Positions 1 through 4,111 of a DNA stretch of 5,381 nt are shown here, piece after piece. A model generated the notes under the pieces. That model saw nothing but the letters and a program-made list of their open reading frames with translations, was not told the DNA's origin and ran no database searches. Where the stretch lies: IMG/VR virus record IMGVR_UViG_2660238346_000018; one strand, 5' to 3'. Every line of letters begins with the position of its first letter. The first letter of the stretch is position 1. Source of the DNA: a virus. Lineage: Duplodnaviria > Heunggongvirae > Uroviricota > Caudoviricetes. A program made the position numbers and the translations under genes.

Positions 1-40
1 ATTGGCGTTGAACTGGAGACCGGACGTTTTGAGCAGACAG

Positions 41-262
41 TCAGGGAAGTTCAGGATTTAATCGTTTGAAAAGGAAAGTACCATCAGCACCAATATCAAA
101 CTTCACATCAACCCGTCCCTTTATATAATTTGCCGCTGCATAGGCCGGATATTGTGGTAATGCCTTAACCAACTGTCGGGGCATATCTGTTTTATGTTGC
201 GTACAGCCCATAACCAGAGAAGACAACAAAATAATTAACGGAAGATTTCTTTTCATTTTCAT
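41..262 (-). CDS. Short lipoprotein with a TonB C-terminal-like motif, possibly truncated
   Basis: N-terminus MKMKRNLPLIILLSSLVMGC looks like a lipoprotein signal peptide with a VMGC lipobox. The motif QYPAYAAANYIKGRVDVKFDIGADG resembles the start of the TonB C-terminal domain (E. coli TonB QYPARAQALRIEGQVKVKFDV..DG), but the ORF stops about 15 residues later, well short of a full domain. Start could be ATG at 262 or 256; the ORF track used GTG at 271. GGGA lies just upstream. Confidence 0.45.
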   Translation of the reverse strand: MKMKRNLPLIILLSSLVMGCTQHKTDMPRQLVKALPQYPAYAAANYIKGRVDVKFDIGADGTFLFKRLNPELP

Positions 263-276
263 TCCCGGCACAGATA

Positions 277-293
277 AGAATAAGTCTTATTCT
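277..293. repeat. Perfect 17-bp palindrome AGAATAAG-T-CTTATTCT just upstream of the lipoprotein start
   Basis: Read directly from the sequence: 8-bp arms with a 1-nt centre, 15-30 nt upstream of the minus-strand start at 262. The minus-strand reading contains TAGAAT, a -10-like hexamer. A 1-nt loop cannot form an RNA hairpin, so a dimeric protein-binding site is the more likely reading. Confidence 0.3.
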
Positions 294-600
294 AACAATG
301 CCACCCTGTCGGTCATCAATCCTCTGTTTAATGGCAACGACAATTATCCGACTTAAATCACAAATCAGACACATGACATAACAGAGCTTGCGAGGTAACA
401 CATCGTCCGGTTTCTTCCACCATCGCACCGGACCAGCGACCATGAGGGGACAACGCCGCGCTCCGTTAACGCGGTAAACCCCGGTGTGTATCGTTTTTGA
501 TTATCCCCGCACACTCGCGCAGAGGAGTCTCCCGGTCGGGCTGCGGTCTCTGTTAATGCAGGAATACGGCGACAATACCGCGCATGGATAATAAGGTCGC

Positions 601-825
601 TCAACACACTGGCTGTAATGCAGCGGATACCATGTGGCATTTAGCGGCATTCATCGTACACTCCACGGTTAGCTCTTCATTCGTGGCATTCACCTGAAAG
701 GTCCGGGAGTGTAATTGCGTACATTTACCACTGAACGAACCTTCAACAAGAACACGACCACGCTGCAAAATACGGAACGGAATTGTTCCCTGAAAAGGCT
801 TTACGGTTACCAGTAATTTCTTCAT
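601..825 (-). CDS. Hypothetical 74-aa protein downstream of Rz
   Basis: ATG at 825-823 is preceded by GGAGG with 4-nt spacing (minus-strand CCGGAGGATGTATG), 24 nt after the Rz stop. Product MKKLLVTVKPFQG... has no signal peptide or TM segment. No family recognised. Confidence 0.5.
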   Translation of the reverse strand: MKKLLVTVKPFQGTIPFRILQRGRVLVEGSFSGKCTQLHSRTFQVNATNEELTVECTMNAAKCHMVSAALQPVC

Positions 826-848
826 ACATCCTCCGGATAATAAAAAGA

Positions 849-1307
849 CTACTTAATGCACTGAGTACGGATATATTCCTGCGCCCCTTCCAGTTGCTTC
901 TGCATCGTCATCAGCCGCTCTCTGAGGGTGAAATAATCCCGTGTAACGGTGTCTGCCAGTCGGGGGCCGGTTGCATTATCCACGCGGGCGGTGCCGGTGG
1001 CTTCACGCACGGGACCTGGACAGGTGGCGTTGATACGCAGGCGCTTACGACCAGCGGCAACGTCAGCGCGAAAAGTTTCATTTTCAGCTCTCGCATCAGC
1101 TAATTCCCTCGAGTATTTTGCATCGAGCGCAGCAACATCGCGCTGGCGCACCTGCATATCAGTAATGGTTGCGTTCGCCAGCTTCAGTTCACTGGCTTTG
1201 TTATCGCGCTGCGCTTTGTAGGTAATCGCGTTATCACGGTAATGGTCTGTTGCCATCCACAGCGCTCCACAGGCCACCAGCAGAATAACGATAAACGCGG
1301 AAAGCAT
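849..1307 (-). CDS. Rz: Rz i-spanin (inner-membrane spanin subunit)
   Basis: Translation closely matches lambda Rz as remembered: [50 protein letters not shown], with an N-terminal TM segment. Start taken as ATG at 1307; the ORF track extends to an in-frame GTG at 1322. Confidence 0.85.
   Translation of the reverse strand: MLSAFIVILLVACGALWMATDHYRDNAITYKAQRDNKASELKLANATITDMQVRQRDVAALDAKYSRELADARAENETFRADVAAGRKRLRINATCPGPVREATGTARVDNATGPRLADTVTRDYFTLRERLMTMQKQLEGAQEYIRTQCIK
911..1096 (-). CDS. Rz1: Rz1 o-spanin (outer-membrane lipoprotein) nested in the +1 frame of Rz
   Basis: [20 protein letters not shown]...[32 protein letters not shown] is near-collinear with lambda Rz1 (lipobox, proline-rich segment, [26 protein letters not shown]). 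It lies wholly inside Rz. GAGGGA sits about 8 nt upstream of the ATG. Confidence 0.8.
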   Translation of the reverse strand: MRELKMKLFALTLPLVVSACVSTPPVQVPCVKPPAPPAWIMQPAPDWQTPLHGIISPSESG

Positions 1308-1318
1308 TCGGTTTATGT

Positions 1319-1450
1319 TCACCCCAGCAGCCCCGACGAAGACAACATCATCCAGGCCATGGAAAGAAAAAGAGCAACCAGCATTAGTGAAAATGAAATG
1401 CCGACAATTACACAGAGGATCTTCGCCAGCGTTATGAGTTTGTCTGACAT
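1319..1450 (-). CDS. Small hydrophobic ORF (43 aa, predicted single TM) immediately upstream of Rz
   Basis: ATG at 1450 is preceded by a strong SD AGGGAGGA with 7-nt spacing. Product [43 protein letters not shown] is almost entirely hydrophobic. Its TGA stop (1321-1319) overlaps the alternative GTG start of Rz. No homolog recognised. Confidence 0.4.
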   Translation of the reverse strand: MSDKLITLAKILCVIVGISFSLMLVALFLSMAWMMLSSSGLLG

Positions 1451-1464
1451 GCTTAATCCTCCCT

Positions 1465-1647
1465 TCACGATTTCAACGCAATGACCAGTTTTGCCAGCCC
1501 ATACAGCATCGGGGACACAGCAACACCGACCGCCACCCACTTAATGGCAAAAGCCAGTGCTCTGCTGATGTCATCAGTTACAGGCGCTTTCAGTTCAAGG
1601 CCGTTTTTCATAGTCAACCTCAACAGAATTCGTTTATACTTTTCCAT
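1465..1647 (-). CDS. Small ORF (60 aa) with a C-terminal hydrophobic segment
   Basis: ATG at 1647 with AGGGAG close upstream (spacing short, about 3 nt). Product [60 protein letters not shown]. It ends 14 nt before the RBS of the 43-aa ORF. No homolog recognised; could be a non-coding leader. Confidence 0.3.
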   Translation of the reverse strand: MEKYKRILLRLTMKNGLELKAPVTDDISRALAFAIKWVAVGVAVSPMLYGLAKLVIALKS

Positions 1648-1680
1648 GTTCTCCCTTGCCTTATCCAAGGTCAGAAACAC

Positions 1681-1720
1681 AAAACCCCGCTTGCAGCCAA
1701 CAAACGGGGTTTTTACTTTT
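1681..1720. terminator. Intrinsic-terminator-like hairpin, usable on both strands
   Basis: AAAACCCCG (1681-1689) pairs with CGGGGTTTT (1705-1713) around a 15-nt loop, followed by TTTTTACTTTT on the plus strand. On the minus strand the same stem is followed by TTTTGTGTTT. Lies 84 nt downstream of the endolysin stop. Confidence 0.5.
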
Positions 1721-1803
1721 ATTCACTTAGTTTTTGTCAGTTCGCAGGATTTCGTGTTATCCGCCCGTGTGAGCAAACCGCATTTTTCAGCAAAATATTC
1801 TGC

Positions 1804-2337
1804 TTATCTGTCAATTCCCCAGCACGCCAGCGCACTCTCCTGGTCACGACGGGATACCTGACCGTAACAGTTATTTGAGCGAATACGGCAGTCTCTGCCA
1901 CCGTCCTTAATCCACCAGCGAATCGCCTCGCATGCTCCCCTGCGATCACCAGCATTAATTCGTCTGTAAAACGTCGACGGGAAACACTTACCGGGACCAA
2001 TGTTGTACGGACAGAATGACGCGATCCCCGCTTTCTGGGGTTCGGTCAGCGGCACTCTGATGTTTTTCTCCACCCACGCCAGCGCTTTATCACGCTCAAT
2101 GGCGTTAACCTGGTCGCATTTTTCCTTCGACAACTTCATGCCCGGAACGACAGGTTTGCCATCCACCATGATGGCACCACGGCAGATGGTCCAGATACCT
2201 GCACCATCACGGTATGCCGTTGTGTGGTTACCCTCTTTTTCGTCCAGAAACTGGTCAAGTATCTGAGGAGCAGACGCGCCTGCAGCAATCAGCGCCAGAA
2301 CAGCAGCTGACAGGCCGTATTTGATTTTTGCGTTCAT
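1804..2337 (-). CDS. R: SAR endolysin (T4-lysozyme-like muramidase, glycoside hydrolase family 24)
   Basis: 177 aa. N-terminal Gly/Ala-rich weakly hydrophobic segment YGLSAAVLALIAAGASAPQIL is typical of a signal-anchor-release domain. E..D..T catalytic-triad spacing (EKEGNHTTAYRDGAGIWT) and overall layout resemble phage 21 R. No canonical SD upstream of the ATG (AT-rich ATAAATATCC). Confidence 0.88.
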   Translation of the reverse strand: MNAKIKYGLSAAVLALIAAGASAPQILDQFLDEKEGNHTTAYRDGAGIWTICRGAIMVDGKPVVPGMKLSKEKCDQVNAIERDKALAWVEKNIRVPLTEPQKAGIASFCPYNIGPGKCFPSTFYRRINAGDRRGACEAIRWWIKDGGRDCRIRSNNCYGQVSRRDQESALACWGIDR

Positions 2338-2394
2338 GGATATTTATCAGGATTTATCGGTTCCGAATCCCTGGATATGTTAAGCCTTCACCCC

Positions 2395-2413
2395 GCCAGT
2401 GGTGGGCACTGGC
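2395..2413. repeat. Inverted repeat GCCAGTG-N5-CACTGGC in the divergent intergenic region
   Basis: Read directly: 7-bp arms at 2395-2401 and 2407-2413, located 36-54 nt upstream of the plus-strand 86-aa gene and about 60 nt upstream of the endolysin start on the other strand. Candidate operator or RNA stem. Confidence 0.3.
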
Positions 2414-2448
2414 CAGGGTATGTCAATCTGATAAACACAGAGGTGACT

Positions 2449-2709
2449 ATGGATTATCCAAATCTACCAAAACAAACTTTTGCTGATTTAATCGCACTCA
2501 GGCAAGCAGTCGTAGCTCTAATCAACGTGTTGCCGGATGAGGAAAAGGAATTAGTTAAAGCAATTCTTAACAGAACTGCCGCCGATTTTTCATCATTCCC
2601 ACTGACAGATGACCTTGCGGACCTTCCTGAATTAATTGCAGCGTCCGCCATTAAGCTTACTGAAGAGATTTACTCTCCTCAAAAGCCTTCACAAAATTCC
2701 TGCGAGTAA
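2449..2709 (+). CDS. Hypothetical 86-aa acidic protein, the only plus-strand gene supported in the window
   Basis: ATG at 2449 preceded by GAGGTGA with about 5-nt spacing; TAA stop at 2707-2709 followed 19 nt later by a strong intrinsic terminator. Product MDYPNLPKQTFADLIALRQAVVALINVLPDEEKELVKAILNRTAADFSSFPLTDDLADLPELIAASAIKLTEEIYSPQKPSQNSCE. AT-rich (about 40% GC) relative to flanking lysis genes. No family recognised. Confidence 0.5.
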   Translation: MDYPNLPKQTFADLIALRQAVVALINVLPDEEKELVKAILNRTAADFSSFPLTDDLADLPELIAASAIKLTEEIYSPQKPSQNSCE

Positions 2710-3166
2710 CTTCAATGCAATAATCGTAAAACGCCGCGAACTGCTCATCGCGGCGTTTTTTTGCATCTTCAGAAGGCATCAGCGTCGACAGTTTTTTATT
2801 CAGTTCAACGACGCAATTCTCCAGTTTTTCAATGCGTGATTCGATATCATCTTTTTCTGACAGTATCGTGTTATATGCATTGTTAATTTGTATGGTATAC
2901 CGATCTTCGGAACAAAGGCACTTTTCCTGTGACTGTTCATCCCCTTCACATAACCCGGCAGCAATATCCATGAAAAACTGCTTCGCCTTCTTTTTCGCCT
3001 CAGCTTCGTAAAATTCCAGCGTGGCACCTTCAACACGATCAAGATCAATCACCACATTTGGCAACAACAGTGACGTATACCCACCCGTTTCCAGCGCTAC
3101 AGTAACAGTAATCTTATCCGGGTAATTATTTATCCCTTTAACAACCAGTTCGTATTGTTTATTCAT
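2657..3166 (-). CDS. Hypothetical 169-aa protein inserted between pinholin and endolysin
   Basis: ATG at 3166 lies 4 nt after the pinholin stop, with GGAG about 9 nt upstream. Product MNKQYELVVKGINNYPDKITVTVALETGGYTSLLLPNVVIDLDRVEG... has no signal peptide or TM; the C-terminal half is charged with a coiled-coil-like segment (DDIESRIEKLENCVVELNKKL) and a cysteine cluster CEGDEQSQEKCLC. AT-rich. The CDS reads through the 2728-2762 hairpin (encoding KKRRDEQFAAF) and overlaps the 3' end of the plus-strand gene by 53 nt. Confidence 0.6.
   Translation of the reverse strand: MNKQYELVVKGINNYPDKITVTVALETGGYTSLLLPNVVIDLDRVEGATLEFYEAEAKKKAKQFFMDIAAGLCEGDEQSQEKCLCSEDRYTIQINNAYNTILSEKDDIESRIEKLENCVVELNKKLSTLMPSEDAKKRRDEQFAAFYDYCIEVTRRNFVKAFEESKSLQ
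2728..2762 (+). terminator. Rho-independent terminator for the 86-aa gene, embedded in the convergent 169-aa CDS
   Basis: 9-bp GC-rich stem ACGCCGCGA (2731-2739) / TCGCGGCGT (2748-2756), 8-nt loop, extendable by three A-T pairs, followed by a run of seven T. On the minus strand the same hairpin is followed by TTTTACGATTATT. Confidence 0.7.
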
Positions 3167-3170
3167 CGCC

Positions 3171-3386
3171 TTACTCTCCCCGCGCTGCCTTACGACGGTC
3201 CTCTCTGATTTTGAAATACAGGTTAGTCAGATATGTCAGCAGCCCAAACAGCAGACTCCCCAGCACGCCTATTGCCGCCCACTGAGACGGGGAAACCCTG
3301 TCCAGCAACTGCAGGAACCAGTAGCCCGTTCCCACCGCTGACGTGGTGTATGACACACCTGTTGTGATTTTTTCCATCTGGTACAT
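3171..3386 (-). CDS. S: Class II pinholin (phage 21 S-type) with dual start motif
   Basis: 71 aa [71 protein letters not shown], near-identical in layout to phage 21 S as remembered. Two TM domains, the first Gly/Ala-rich. Met1 and Met4 give the antiholin/holin dual start. GGGAGA SD upstream. Confidence 0.9.
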   Translation of the reverse strand: MYQMEKITTGVSYTTSAVGTGYWFLQLLDRVSPSQWAAIGVLGSLLFGLLTYLTNLYFKIREDRRKAARGE

Positions 3387-3461
3387 ACCCCGTCTCCCGT
3401 ACTCGGAAGCTCACAACAACAAAAGGGCCACCAGCTCTTTACTGATGACCCTGACTCACCG

Positions 3462-3752
3462 TTACAGCATTGTGCCCGATTCTGGCTGTGTGTCTGTCAT
3501 ATCCGTCACCGGTGGCTCCGGCTGAATATCACCATTTTCCGTGGTGACATCTTCCGCCTGTGGTTCCGGAAGCAGTTCCGGGGATGGTTCCGGCTGTGCA
3601 CCAAGCAATTCATCCAGAATTGAATCCACTTCTGCATCAAGACGCGCCTCAAGGTTCTGCCGAAGTTGCTGTTTCAGTGCGCTCCGGACTTCTTCAGAGC
3701 GCAGGACTTCCTTCACTGCCTCAGCAGTGACCAGCGATTTTATTTCTGACAT
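3462..3752 (-). CDS. Hypothetical acidic 96-aa protein upstream of the holin
   Basis: ATG at 3752 with a weak SD-like GAGAA upstream. Product MSEIKSLVTAEAVKEVLRSEEVRSALKQQLRQNLEARLDAEVDSILDELLG... has a helical N-terminal half and a Pro/Glu-rich low-complexity tail. The ORF track extends it upstream, but that extension (MCCIFFRVGTGQC...) is not protein-like. I faintly recall DUF-type small proteins at this position in Stx-phage annotations but cannot confirm. Confidence 0.5.
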   Translation of the reverse strand: MSEIKSLVTAEAVKEVLRSEEVRSALKQQLRQNLEARLDAEVDSILDELLGAQPEPSPELLPEPQAEDVTTENGDIQPEPPVTDMTDTQPESGTML

Positions 3753-3777
3753 AGGATTTTCTCGTTGAAAGGGGTTA

Positions 3778-3972
3778 TTAAGAAGGTTGTTCCGGAATGA
3801 GTGGGGCTTCTGTTTTTGCTCCGGCTGACTGACTGGCGCTGATTTTCTCTGCGGCCCTTTTATCAATCTGCCTGCGCCAGAAATCGCGCACTGCCCTGTA
3901 CCCACCCGAAAGAAGATACAGCACACAGACCGCCGTACAGAAGTACAGCATCACCTGATGAATAAATGTCAT
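3778..3972 (-). CDS. Hypothetical 64-aa protein with an N-terminal TM helix
   Basis: ATG at 3972. Product MTFIHQVMLYFCTAVCVLYLLSGGYRAVRDFWRRQIDKRAAEKISASQSAGAKTEAPLIPEQPS: one hydrophobic helix then a basic, charged tail. Stops 25 nt before the acidic-protein start. RBS weak (AAGAAA). Confidence 0.4.
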   Translation of the reverse strand: MTFIHQVMLYFCTAVCVLYLLSGGYRAVRDFWRRQIDKRAAEKISASQSAGAKTEAPLIPEQPS

Positions 3973-4069
3973 AGTTTCTTACCGTTATGGTTGACAATGA
4001 GAACTGTTTTCATTTAAAAAACCGATATACGAAAGCATCTTTTCTTTACATTCTCCATTGGGATTACCT

Positions 4070-4106
4070 CCGCCAGCTTCCGTTCCTGCCGCTGGCGGCT
4101 TTTTTT
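4070..4106 (+). terminator. Plus-strand-oriented intrinsic terminator between the esterase gene and the small genes
   Basis: Stem CCGCCAGC (4070-4077) / GCTGGCGG (4091-4098), 13-nt loop, then C plus seven T (4100-4106). On the minus strand the stem is preceded by seven A and not followed by a U-tract, so it would terminate plus-strand (antisense) transcription only. Confidence 0.5.
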
Positions 4107-4111
4107 GCCGG

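Noticed and set aside
192-640. Minus-strand ORFs 192..443 (83 aa) and 365..640 (91 aa)
   Set aside because: The first overlaps the lipoprotein N-terminus out of frame and the second overlaps the 74-aa gene; neither has an RBS and both are Arg/Cys-rich.
783-1221. Plus-strand ORFs 783..1103 (106 aa) and 949..1221 (90 aa)
   Set aside because: Antisense to the well-supported Rz/Rz1 genes, no RBS, low-complexity Ala/Ser/Arg-rich translations typical of reverse frames of GC-rich coding sequence.
1319-1540. Full 73-aa version of ORF 1319..1540 (-) starting MGGGRCCCV
   Set aside because: The N-terminal 30 residues overlap the 60-aa ORF and are not protein-like; only the internal start at 1450 has a strong RBS, so only the 43-aa product is reported.
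1804-1814. TTGACA hexamer near the endolysin stop as a promoter for the small ORFs
   Set aside because: No acceptable -10 hexamer at 16-18 bp spacing downstream, so no promoter is called; other promoter candidates in the window were equally weak.
1242-1861. Plus-strand ORFs 1242..1484 and 1481..1861
   Set aside because: No SD-like sequence, translations not protein-like, and they overlap the minus-strand small ORFs and the endolysin 3' end; taken as antisense frames.
1737-2266. ORFs 1737..2000 (-) and 2000..2266 (+) inside the endolysin locus
   Set aside because: Alternative frame and antisense frame of the endolysin gene; the endolysin frame has the recognisable lysozyme and SAR features.
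2377-2448. N-terminal extension of the plus-strand ORF (start at 2377, 110 aa)
   Set aside because: No RBS at 2377, whereas the internal ATG at 2449 has a well-spaced GAGG; the extension would also run through the inverted repeat.
2454-3048. ORFs 2454..2651 (-), 2636..2839 (+) and 2800..3048 (-)
   Set aside because: Alternative or antisense frames within the two better-supported cargo genes; no independent start signals.
3223-3768. ORFs 3223..3414 (-), 3343..3525 (+) and 3541..3768 (+)
   Set aside because: Overlap the pinholin or the acidic-protein gene in other frames or on the antisense strand; Ser/Gly/Arg-rich low-complexity translations.
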